A stretch of DNA of 64,000 nucleotides from Paramecium tetraurelia (taxonomy: Eukaryota): the NCBI GenBank assembly GCA_000165425.1, contig CT868056.1, positions 62,001-126,000 of the forward strand, given 5' to 3'. A program made the translations under genes and the position numbers. Position 1 is the first letter of the stretch, and each line of letters begins with the position of its first letter. The notes below the pieces were generated by a model. The model was not told where the DNA came from. It saw nothing but the letters and a program-made list of their open reading frames with translations, and did not search any database. This document shows positions 38,101-52,827 of the stretch, in pieces.

Positions 38101-40410
38101 ATTAGAAGATGAGTTAATTTAGAGTCTTAGCTCCTCTACCTATTAAGTAATGGATGGTATGTAGTATTAAATTAATGGGTATCTTAATAATAACTCTTTG
38201 ATTTCTATTTATTAAGCTGTTGTTTCAGATCTTTTAGACATATGAGAACTTTCAATTTTTGTTTTAGATCTCAAAGCCTCGTCATAAAATTACTTAGTGA
38301 ATCCAAGAATTTTACCATCTATTCCAAACAAAATAGTTTCATTATTTGATTACTCTTTGGTTAGAATCATATTTAATAAAAAGTCATTCTTATTTGAATC
38401 GAAATAATTATACAAATTGATATTACAAGGTTCTATGTATCCTTATAAATTTTAAAAGAATGTTGACTCCCCATGCACCATTAATTTGGAATGTCCATTT
38501 TATAAATAATTATCCATTAACTAATCATGGATTCCAGATAAGAAGACAGGCATCAACTAATTGCAGTGTTTGATTAATTTAACATTGTCCTCGGAATCAC
38601 ACAAAAACTATGATAACTATTTACTATTGGTATTAATTAGTTCTCCTCTTTTGCGCACTAGACTAGATTTTAAGATTATCAATCTATCTTTAAAATTAAT
38701 TTAATATTTATACTTTGTATTAATTGAATATTATCCAAAGATTCATCTTATTTATATCTTTCGCTCTTTAGCAAATCGTCAATTGCTTTTTCTAATTAAA
38801 AAGCCTAGAAAGAGTTCGAATAAATTCCAGTCTAATAGATTTGTATGATTCTCATTGATAAAATGTCTTGAGATTAAGATCCTTTCAACTTATTATTGGT
38901 CATATCGAATCTATCCTCAAATTCCTTTTTGCATCTCAACATTTTTGAGGTTGTTTTTAATGCTTCGTGAAGACAATGATCAATATCATTATACCCATTG
39001 ATCAGTTTATTCCAAAAATTGATTTTGCTATTCACAGTTTCAAGAATGAAAGGGAATAATATGGATGCAGAGTGGGAAGTATTAAATGCTGATTGAACAT
39101 CTAGTGAATTCAAATGTTCATTGGCATTTCTAATTGAATTCTTAACTTGAGCCTCTTTTTAAAATTGTTAAGTTCTCTTATATAATTCCTATTACAAATT
39201 GTGAGAAGCCATTTTATAGTAGATATCATTAGATGTCATTAAAATGACTCTTATCAGTGCTTTTAATGGGGCATGATTAGCTACATAGGAGCAATATAGC
39301 AAAACATAGAGTTGGCTACTATTGATTGAAGTATTGGCCATTCTTCTTAATAGACACTCAACTATCTGATGAAAATTCTTGCATTTCTTGCATACATGAT
39401 TCTTTTTAATGATGGATAGAATAATCTTAGATTTTGGTGCAGCACTCATTTCATTGTTTTCTTCTAAAACCTAAGTAAATTTAATTCATACTTAAAGTGT
39501 GACTAAATTCTGCTGTTACTTAAGAGTGATATAGTAATTCACTACTCGATTCTGAATCTATATACACAAGTACAGCAAAAAAAGGATTATTAAGAATAAT
39601 TCGTAGATACTAAAATTGAATGAAATGGAAATGTTGACGGAAATCGCAATAGACTCAACTAAAATATATGCGAATTGATTGATTCTGTTTATCGAAGTTA
39701 CGATATAGGTCAAGCTCTTTATTAGCAACAAGGCAAATCTTAATTGAGGCAAAATATCTATTGATTTCAGAATTATCGATGTTATCAATAACACTTACAT
39801 TATGCCATTAAAAACTATAGAATAATCCAATGTTAAAATGTAATTATCTTCCATTAATTTTTCGCATCTCCCAAAGTAAATGTGTATTGAATTTAAGATC
39901 AAAGCGAATATGATATTTAGTGAGCCTATCAATATCATTCCTATTCTGCCTGCCGAAGCACAGAAGTCGCTGAGATTGCAAATCTCTTGGTCATAAATAA
40001 AACTCAATGCTGAATACAGAATAGGAATTTAGAAGAGCAATTCGTAATAAGTTAAGAAGGAATGCAAGATGTGCTATAATGAGGTTGATTTGTTTCTCAA
40101 AAAGTAATAATAAGTGAACATGAGTAAGAATATGATGTGCACGATAAAGAAAAATAAAATTATGAGAACTTGCTAAGTGGATGAAATAGAATCTATGATG
40201 AAGCAATAACTTATTATACTCAGGATTGGACTAATGTGCATATTGATATTTATACTTCATCTCTGTTTTATATTGAAATTAAAAATTCTTGACAAGTTCG
40301 AGTTCTTGTGCTTTATTTATGGTTGCTATAAGAACAACGATACTTTTGAGTTGAAGTTGAGTGGAAGCTGGATGTATTAATAGATTTATTAATTTGAATA
40401 GTTGTTCCAT
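35114..40410 (-). CDS. Large multi-pass membrane protein with PAS-like domain (ciliate PAS/Tmc-type family)
   Basis: N-terminal TM bundle, helical region (SKINFWNKL), PAS-like CNQLMPVFLSGIHDQLMDNYLQNG...GYIEPC, later TM helices and C-terminal LRQILVLIPVDL. TGA at 35114-35116. Confidence 0.75.
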
Positions 40411-40583
40411 TCAAAATTTAAAAATAAATTAAAATGCAGAAATTTCATACTTCATTAGATATTAAATTCTCACATTTCTATTCAAATTGTGTTTGATTTA
40501 AATGGTTATATTTATTTTATACGTGAGATCACCAATATATTGATTCATAATTAAGTGTATAATTCTGTTTATAAATATAATAG

Positions 40584-43500
40584 ATGTAAAATAAGGAGAT
40601 TGCCTTTCTGGGTATCGATAGTCCTGTTCACAGTTAAAATGTAATATCTCCTCGATTTGACGAATTGATTCCGATTTATTCCAATGAAAATATCGACGAT
40701 CAGCCTATGGACGAAGCAATGAAACTTAAAAGGAATATATTTGAGAGGAAGAATTTTCGAGCATTAAATGATGGACATAAATCAGATAATTCTAATGACG
40801 ACAGTTCCTTGAGTAGTTTGAAGTACTTCCATTTATATAAAATAAGTAGCCGTAGCTAAGTTGAGGATGGATCTGCCAAATCAAAGACTAATTCCTTCAT
40901 TCATTAATCTCTTTCTTAAAACGAATGCCAAAATAACGGCCAATTATAAAAAGCATCAAGTGGTTAAATTGTAGATTCAGCTTGTAATCTTCTCTATCTG
41001 ACAGGCAAATCTAACTCAAAACTTGAGATATATCAAAGTTTCGTTTAGCAATTTGAAATACAAGAAGATAAAATCTAGAGAATTAAAACTTAGCAAGCCC
41101 AGAGATAAATTAAAGCAAAAGAAGTTTAGCCCAAGAAAATATTAGGACGAAGAGAGGGCACAATTGGGTACATTTATATAAATGAAACCTAGTTTAAATC
41201 AAATTTGGTCGTAAAAAGGTCTAATGATCATTCGCTTGGTTTCAAGGTTTATTCAATAATTAAAGACAAAAACTGAAACCATTAAATTTAGACTATTGAC
41301 ACACAAAATATATTCAGTTATAGGAGATTTGTCTAGTAACTTTGAATTTATTTTAGTTACTCACTAAATTAAATAAAAGCCAAGCTTAGTACATTATTGT
41401 AAAAATATTAGTTTCTCATTTTGAAATATAACTTTCAAAAGCAAGCAACGAAGTATTTGCACTATTTGGAGAATTGCCAAGATTTCCTCAGTAGAAATAT
41501 TATAGTTATCAAACCAGATAGCAAATTTAAAATTCTATGGGATATCCTTCTCCTATTGTTCATCGTAATGAACATATTTTATATTCCCATTAACATAAGT
41601 TTCGACATCACTACATCAGGCATTTTTGAATACTTATTTGATTTGCTACCATCCTGGATATTTGTTGCAGAAATCCTCTTAAACTTCAACACAGCATACT
41701 ATGATAAAGGCTTGATGCATGAAGATAGGAAATCAATTGTGAAACATTATCTAAAAGAGAACTTTTTTTGGGATTTGATTGTGGTGATCCCTTTCTTAAT
41801 ATCAAATTTAAATATCCCATTTGTTAGATACACATTGCTCTTGAGACTAACTAGATTAAATCCATTAATGGAAAGCATAGAAGAAATGCTTAATTTAGAA
41901 GTATTACATATTATACAAAATAGGAAAACATTCAAATCGTTGTTGATCTTTTCAAACTCATCTTTTTTCTCGTTTTAACAGGTCATTTTTGTGGATGTGC
42001 TTGGCATTTTGTTGCTTTGACTGAACATGAATCTTTTGGGATGACTGAAACATGGCTTACTCATTATGATCCAGCTGCATATGAGTATCATTGGTTTGAT
42101 AGATATGTAATATCATTGTATTGGAGTGTCATTACGACGGTTACAGTTGGATATGGAGACATAGTTCCAGTCACTACATTTGAACGAGTCTTCGTAATTG
42201 TCGTAACACTATTACTATGTGGAATATTTGGTTATTGCATATCAAACATTGGAAATATATTCAAATCAATCTCAGATAAGAAAACTACCTACAAATTCAA
42301 ATTGCGTTAAATTCATTAACATATCAGAAAAAGAGGATTAAATTTAAATTTGTCATTAAAGGTATACATACATTTTTAAATATTCAAAAAGGTCAAAAAA
42401 TACTTTGAGTACTATTTTAAATTAGAATAAGAAGAAGAGAATCATGCAGACATCTTCTTATCATAACTTACAAAACATTTGAGAGAGGAAGTCTTAACTG
42501 ATTTATATAGTAATACACTCAAAAAATCCAGACTTTTAAGAGACAATTTCAACGAAATTACTATCAATAATCTTTGTCAATTTGTTAAAGAGAAGAAGGT
42601 GTTGCCTGAAGAAGTTCTCTATTCTAGATTCGACTAACCCAAAAAAATTTGGTTTGTTCTTTCTGGGGCCTTGGAATATGTTGCAGATCATAAAAGTACT
42701 GCTTAATTTCAATATTGTTAGATGAAAATGATTATTATGAAGCTACAGAAACATTTTTGAAGAAATTTACTGCTGGGTAAATTATCAGTACTAGTAAATA
42801 GAGCAGTTTTAGGGGAAAGAGAATTCATTACATAGCAACCTTACGAATACAAAGCCAGGGCCTTAAAATTTACATAGATGGCTTATATTGAGTATGAAGT
42901 TTATGATTTGAATTAGTTATGATGATTTCATAAATGTGATTGCAGAGAATGATATGGAATATGAAATATTTTGCATGAAGAGAGATAGATTGCTCCTCTA
43001 TCCTGCAATAAAGGGATCAGGAAATGTATGCGAAATATGTGAATGGACTCATAATTTTATACAGTATCATAATCCTTAACAATCTTAGATGTCCATTTGT
43101 TTTTCTTCAACCAAATACAAATAAAATTGCCAGTAAATTTACTTCAGTTAAACTCAACAGCAGAATTAAGTTTCCATTACGAAGGCCTTATAGATCGAGA
43201 GTAAAGGAAACTTTAAATAAAGCTCAGGAATGCGCTCTGAGAATAATTGTTGGAAATTTGACTGAATAGTAATTAAACAAATTGATTTTTAGAGAGTACA
43301 CTGATGAATACTTGATTTCATTAGGTTTCTAATTGAGTCCCAATCTAGACGATATTTCACCTAATAATTATGAATCTTCCTAAAATATTCATGATTCAAA
43401 ATCAATATCAAATAGTGAAAAGTAAAATGTACTCCTTCAGAAGAACACAAGAGCAAACTTTGGAATAACAAGTGATTTAAAAGAAAGTCGAGACTTAGAT

Positions 43501-44469
43501 CTAGATAATCAAATGAGAAAGAGTGTTATAAAATTTAAAAGGTTGCAGTTTGGAAAAGAAAGAACAAGAGCAATTTAGTTTATAAAAAAAGACAATTTTA
43601 ATTCAGAAAGAATCACTGAAACATTAGAATAATCTTAAATGTTAGCTCTTCCTGTTCCGATATAAATTCAAAATAATCGTTCCTCACTTAAGCAATATCA
43701 ATAGAAAGCAAGAAGATCTTCAAACCTAGAAGATTTAGGACTTCTATAACCTTCACAAAAACTGGGTAATTTGGCTTAATAACTTGCTCAATAAGACATT
43801 GAAAACAGTAAATATTCACAACGACAACTGAGCAAAAATAGTGAGGAAAGCGAAATGAAAGATTCAATAAAAATCATAAGACAAATTGAAAATCAAGAGA
43901 GACGAGTTTAAAATGGTGGTGATCAAAGAAGAAAAGTTAAGAAAACTACTATTCAGATGGGTTAGAAACCAAAAAGAAGATCTTATCAAAATCAATAATC
44001 TCAGAACTAAAGTCCTATTACTTAAAATTAATAATAATTACAACAAATAACAGCTGCCTTTGATTCGAATAAGGCAAGAGCTAGTCTGATGGAAAATAAG
44101 AAGAATTTACATTAAAATACTCAATTAACAAGTTCTAAATTAATAGAATTCAAAGGAGAAATAAGGGAAGGGTCCTAAATTGATTCATTGCAACAGAAAA
44201 TATTAGATATAGTGCATACAAATGTAAATTTTGAGATGGATATCTGCAAATCAACTTTATTGTATTTTCCTGAACACAACATAGAAACAATATTGAAAAA
44301 GATAGAATTATATTATCAATAGAACAAAGGGAAGGAAAAAAAGTAGTATAAAAGGGCTATGTCTAATCGTAATCTTTTTGAAAGAATTAAAGGTTCCAAA
44401 AATGCAACAATAAAAAGCTTATAGAATAAATCTTAAACTGATGTTTAAAAGCAAGATGAAAACATTTGA
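40584..44469 (+). CDS. 6TM K+ channel with degenerate CNB-homology domain and long low-complexity tail
   Basis: PDSKFKILWD, S4 LLLRLTRL, pore TTVTVGYGDIVP (~42135-42170) and CNBD-like VLGEREFITQQPYEY. Multiple 22-30 nt introns. TGA at 44467-44469. Confidence 0.92.
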
Positions 44470-45078
44470 ATCTCAATTAATATATTTTTGCTTAGTTTAT
44501 TATCTAATCTTTAATCATATTTTATTCTCAGTTCAATTAATTAGATCTAAAGTTTATTTAAGAAGTTTCTTTCAATATTAAAGATATTTCTTATAATTAA
44601 CTGGATTTTTATTTTTTTAATTTTAACATTTCTAAAGAAAATAAGGTTATATTTTTAATCTATTAAAACTATCATTTATTGGAAATCACATGTCTCTTCC
44701 TTATAAGTATCAAGGATTATTATATTTTGTTTAATTTCATTATAAATGATTGCAATATTAAGCACATTGTGAATATCATCATAATATTTTAAAACAAGAA
44801 TAAAATCTGAAATTATTTTACTTTAGTCAATAACAATAAATCAAATGACTTTAAACAAATTAAATTTGGAAATAAGAACCACAATAAATAAATTTAGATA
44901 CAACTTTTAAATTTAATATCATGTAAAGATTGACTTGCTACATACTTTTCGAATAGACATTAACTTTAAACTATTTATAAGCATCATATTATTAAATTTA
45001 ATAAATGGATAGTTGATCTGTATAAAAATAAATAAAGTGCTTGTTTAATATAATAACTGTATTATTAAATATATAAAA

Positions 45079-46990
<1,912 letters not shown>

Positions 46991-47194
46991 TATTTTAAAT
47001 TAATTATTTTAGCCATTAATTCATTGGCATTATTTTTATATTTTATTTATCTCATCTTGTTTTTGTCATTTATTATAAATTGATTCAAGAATTATAAAAA
47101 AGAATAGCATACTTAATGTAAATGAGACATATATATATGCAATTAAAAATGTTGACATCTATATAATTTAAAAACAAATGAAATTAGTAACTAC

Positions 47195-48963
47195 TCACTT
47201 TGGTATTTGTTCAGGAAATAATTCTTGTATTAACTTTGTTGGGTCTTAATAGTTGGTGAATGAACTCACTTTTAATAACTAAGAATTCAATTCTCTAACA
47301 TCAGTCACGACTCGGAATTTCATTAAGTAATTTTGTAGATAGAGCAATTCCTAAGAGATTAGTTTTCAGTAATTACCTAATCTTATTTATCATCATAAAA
47401 AGCTATAATCGGTACACCGTTGTCAATTTATTATCCAAATGAGTAACTCGCATTATCAATTAATAAAATGTTTGACATCTTCCTATTGCCAAGAACTCTA
47501 GAAATTAAAATTATAAATTTAACCTTAAATCTTTAACATAAGCCCCCTCGTCAGTCTATATACAATGATCTCTAAATAGTCGATGGCTGATCCATTATTT
47601 CTTTGGATCTAAATAATCCAACACAATGTTAGCATAACAAGAATGAGATGCAGTGAAAACAATGATTTCAAAGTGCCGAGACAATGTTTATAGGATTTAT
47701 TATGCATAAGGTCTTATATTGATAGATGCTTAGATCTTTTCTCCGTTGGGAAATGTTATTGGTAGAATAATATCACCAGGTACGGTAACACTTTCATTGC
47801 AATGGATCAATGTTTCATCTAAATCGAACACTATTGTTTTTAAATGAGTTGTTTTAGGTAAATTAACTACTTTATCCTATTAGAATTCCAAGGATAGGTT
47901 TCTAGCATATTCTAAACCCTAAATTATACAGGATTATTTTACTTAAATAGTTTATACGATATGATCTCTTACTACTTCATCGACTTTACTGGCTGATTAT
48001 AGAAATATGGATCTCGCCACGCTAGAGATGTAGTATAGAAACTATGATAGAGGATGAGAATACATTATCATCTTTAGTAGGTTTTTGAGATGAGTAGGAT
48101 TTGTTATTAATTATTGGTTTCGTAATTTAATTGAAGGATTAATTGATTTCTAAGGACTGATGTCTACTCAATTAGGATTATTATTATAAGATAGGCTTTT
48201 TAATTTGTTTTACTTAGGTGATAAATTGATCCAGGTTGATGCTTGGTTGATCTTTCTCTTTAATTACTTAACTCTATTTTAAGGCTTTATTCAGTTATAA
48301 ATTTAAGGAGGTCGAACATTTAGTCAATTCTTTAGGAGATATTGATCCTTTGGACTCATTGATTTCTGGATCTTTTTTTTGAAAAAATTTAGCTGCCAAT
48401 CCAAGTGGCTTTTGTTTTGATCTCTCAGATTATTTTTACAATTAAGAATTGCTGATTTCGATGTTGGACTTAATATTGTTTATTTTATTCTCCAAGAAGA
48501 GCAATTTCTCATGTAATTTCTTATACTCTTATTGATCGATTTATTTGTTTGGCAATTGTTGATCAGATGAACATTTCATAAGATTGGTATCTGGAACCTA
48601 TTTTAATGAAAAATATCTAGATTATGGAGTAGCTTATTGTGGTTAAATGTAAGTTGAATTTTTCAATTCTTTGAATGAAGATCTGCATGGTTATTTCTGA
48701 TTTGAAAAGGCCCTTTTATCGTTGGAGGCTGAAGCTGGTCTTGGGCCTGCTTGAACTGATGGTTGTCTTGGTTATGATGAACTAGGACGCATCTCAGGTT
48801 TTTGAAGCACTTAAGTAGATTGGTATTAATGATGATGTGCTTAGATGGGTTTTTGCTTTTAAAATTGAACACAATAGTTTTCCTTATCGGACGCTGACTT
48901 GAAGGATTGTCGATAGGAATCTTAGATTACTGGTCGTTGAATATATTGTGGTACTCGTTGCAT
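47195..48963 (-). CDS. SCP/FCP1 (NIF) CTD-type HAD phosphatase with disordered N-terminus
   Basis: KTIVFDLDETLIHC, NIRPYA, IIVFTAS...YANIVLDYLDP, FRDHC, IIDNASYSF...NGVPI. TGA at 47195-47197. Confidence 0.88.
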
Positions 48964-49015
48964 TCGATTTAAATTTTTGTTAAATTAAAAAAGTCTGTTT
49001 AAATTAAATATACTC

Positions 49016-49483
49016 TCATATTCTCCCGAATTTTTTTGTGGCCAACAACTTGACGTACATTTAATGTATTTTCTCTCTGTATTGATAATTGTGGTATTGA
49101 TAGAATGATAATCCAAACATCAAACCTAAGATACCACTAGTGAACATTTCTCCGTACAGCTTCTTATGCAATGGTCTAGAATTAATAAAGTAAAGCATTG
49201 AAAGAGCTGAAATACCAAACCCAATTAGACCACCAATGGTTGTCTACTCTGAAAACACTTTGTCTGCTTAATTAAAGTCGTATTATTCATCTGCTGACAT
49301 AAGAATAAAATTAGTTTTGAGGAATTGCTAAATACAATGTACGAGTACATATTTTTTGCTTGGCATGGCTTGACTTGAAACAAGACGAGTACGTTAAGTT
49401 CGACCTGAAAATTTAACAAGCATATCCAAGTATTGCTTTTATTCATCTGAGAAGAATTCATAAGGTATTTATGGAGTTTTCAT
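49016..49483 (-). CDS. Hypothetical small two-TM protein
   Basis: Ciliate-code frame MKTPQIPYEFF... with Gly-rich hydrophobic helices IGGLIGFGISALSMLYFI and MFTSGILGLMFGLSFY. Possible in-frame 21-nt intron at 49328-49348. Confidence 0.7.
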
Positions 49484-50086
49484 AAATAAAAAATATTATA
49501 ATAAAAATGTTCATCTATTTTAAGAAAATTTATAAATTTCTAGTTTTAGTATTAAAGAGATTAATCTTAGATATTGAAGTCAGACTTCGATAAAAGAGTA
49601 TTAATTAAATTAAAATTATATCTTTTTGAAAAGTCTTTAGTTTTTATATAATTAAAAAATTTCATCATCTATCTCCATTTTTAATGAATTATAAGTATTA
49701 AAATTCTCAGATAGAAATGTCGCAACAGTTGCAATTAAAGTAAGTCTCTAGAGACATTTATGAATTTTAACTTTTTATGAGTTGTTATAATATTATAAAT
49801 TAGGTTAAAATTGATAAATGGTATTTGTCTTGATGTAGATATGAATTACTGTTATTAAGTTTTAGAATGTTAAATAAAATAATTAAGAATTCTAAATTAT
49901 AATTCGATTTAGAGTAGCTCCAGATATTTAAAGAATCTACTTCAGAATTTTAGGGGACTCTGATTAATAAGTTCATCTTTCTTCATAAGAGTTTCACATT
50001 ATTTTTCCTTTTTACTGTATTATTGTGCCAACTGAATGAATTAATCTGAGATATCTCCCATAATTATTAAATATGTATATTAATAT

Positions 50087-51689
50087 TCAGGATTTCATTT
50101 TATCCATCATTTCTATGAATTCATTGTAATCGATCTCACCATCTCCGTCTTTATCTGCATCTTTAACCAATGCCTTCAATGCATTATCATCAAAACCAGG
50201 ATTATTACCTAGAATTGATTTATTAAATTGCTTTACTTCCTAATACTTATTTTAATTCGTCCCTTGATATTTTACCACTGCCATCCAAGTCGAACATTTT
50301 AAAGGCCTAAAATAGTTTTTCTTGTTTCATATAAACGCTTTTCTCAATCGTAGCAGCCAAGAACTCTAGTAAATTAAATGAATAAAATGAACCTGTATAA
50401 TTGACAGCACCAGAACCATCAGTGTCTATGCTTTTAATTACTCCCATAATTTCATTCTATGATTCCTTCTTTAGCCCAGTTAATCCATGAGTTAATTCTT
50501 CCATTGTCAAAACACCATCACCATTTTTATCTAATTGTTTAAATAGCTTTCCCAACTCTGTTATTTCTTATTCTGATAGTTGTGATGCGATGTAAGTTAA
50601 TGTAACCTACAATAAAATAGTAAAGTTATAACTTTTTTTAATCTATTAAAATTCGTAAAGTTTTTTAATGATTAATAATTAACACTTAAGAATGAACCAG
50701 CAGGATGCTATTATTTCATCCATGGATGAGTCAAGACATCATGTGATTTAATACGCTTCTCTGGTTTGCAGATCATTTTAGAAATCAAGTCCTTACAACT
50801 ATCTGACACTTTTTTAAATTCAGGAACTAATTTTTAAATTATTGAATTATTCTTTACTATTGAATGTGAATACACCTTTTTTGACTGCATCCAAAATTTC
50901 AGGATCAGTATTCCCATAGAAAGGAGGTACTCCTGAAATGAGTATATATAAAATAACTCCTGCAGACCAAATATCACACGATTCATCATATTTTCCATCT
51001 AATATTTCTGGAGAAATGTAATAAGGTGTTCCAGCTCTTGTTGTCATACTGACTTTCCCTTGGTGTAGCTTCTCCACATGATTGTCATGAAAAATAACTG
51101 AAAGTCCAAAATCAATAACTTTAAGAGGTGAATCATCTGCTTTGGTAAGCATCAGAAAGTTTTCAGGCTTTAAATCCCTATGACAAATTCCATTCTGATG
51201 ACAATAATTAACTGCTTGCATTATTTGTAGGAATATGATTTTTGCTTCATTTTCTGAGAAATGACCCTTATCAATAATTCTGTCAAAAAGTTCTCCGCCT
51301 TCACAAAGTCTAAGAAATATTGAGAGATAACACTTACTCCATAACTAAATACACATTGCGAACATCTTCGAAAGTTTCAAACAATTTGATAATATTTGGA
51401 TGATCCTTATGATTAAAAGTTCAGCATACCAAATTACGCATGATTTCAATTTCTCTTCTAAAACGCTCTGGATTTCTCACCTTATTCTTGGGGATAATCT
51501 TAATAGCTCTTTATTATTTTGATCCTTTGAGTTTGGCTTTAACAACCTGGCCATAAGTGCCTTGGCCTAGTAACTATTAAATGTTATAAATCAGACTACT
51601 TTTTTGTGATCAAACTCATAGGCATCCTCAATTTTGCTAGACTAAGACTTAATAAACCACTATTTCTTAATAACTATGTTGTTGTCCAT
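50087..51689 (-). CDS. CDPK: Calcium-dependent protein kinase (kinase + 4 EF hands)
   Basis: GQGTYG, AIK, HRDLKPEN, DFG, GTPYYISPE. EF loops DKNGDGVLTMEE, DTDGSGAVNYTE, DLDGSGKISRDE and DKDGDGEIDYNE. Several tiny introns. Confidence 0.93.
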
Positions 51690-52827
51690 ATATTTTAATT
51701 AATTTTATTCAAATATCATTGTCATAAACATCTGATCATAGTATATCCTTAAAGTTGGGTCTAAATCAATTCTGAATCCATTCGGTTTTCAAAATCTTTA
51801 AATCAAATTTCTGAAATAATAGTTGACTTCAGTTTTTATTCACCATAAAAATGTCAAAATACTTCTTCCAAAATATAAATCAGATATCTTATAGATTAAT
51901 ATGATACTCGAGTGTTATATTTCCTAATAATATTCAAACTTTTTATATAAATGGTTTTATAGATAATAATGTAGAATTGTAAATAAGCAATTAATTTTGT
52001 AACATGTTTTTATCATGATTGATAATAACTTTTTAATTATTCATATTATAATCTAAAAGTAAGTATACTTAGAGGGGTGAATGAATATATAATAAAAAGG
52101 AGTTTTAAGAAAATGAGAATCCAGTATTTTAGAAATCAATTATTTCATTAAGGAGTAATAAAATTATTCAAATGTATTAAAATTAATTTAATATTCATAC
52201 TCAAAATGTTGATAAATATTTACTAGTTAACCTAATTAATTAGTCGGTTTTTCGCCTTAATCTCATTCACAAGCTCCTAAGAGAAAATTTTTATCTTGAT
52301 AAATCTCAAATTATTGAAAAAACCAAAAAAAAAATTGACTCTATCATCGATGTTTACTTAATTAGATGTAACTCTACAAATCACGGAAGGCAAGATTCCT
52401 AAAATTACTAAAGAATTCTGAATGAGAATTTACTAATAAATTAAAACTCATGAATAGTCCTTAAACACCTGCACTTTCTAATGTAAGATCAGGAATGAAA
52501 TGCTTTAAATCATTTTTCAATTTTTTCTAAACTTATACTTTATTAATTATTCATTTAAGTTATATCAATATAAAAGTAGAATAAAAAATCATCTGTTCCT
52601 CATTGCTTAATTTAATGAAGAATGACCATCATCTCGAACTTACAGTAAGTAAGCATTTAGATTTCAGATTTTTGAACATTATTAACTTTATTTTTAACAT
52701 TTTAATTTTAAACCAATTAAACCTTATTAAATAAGTATTGTCCTTAGTTGTTTGCTTGTTTGATGAACAAACACTTGGGAGATTTGAGAAGTTTCATTTA
52801 ATATTGAAATAATTTATTATTTTATAA

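Noticed and set aside
52200..52520. Short coding-like stretch between CDPK and CFAP47
   Set aside because: No recognisable motif and an early TGA. At most a relic.
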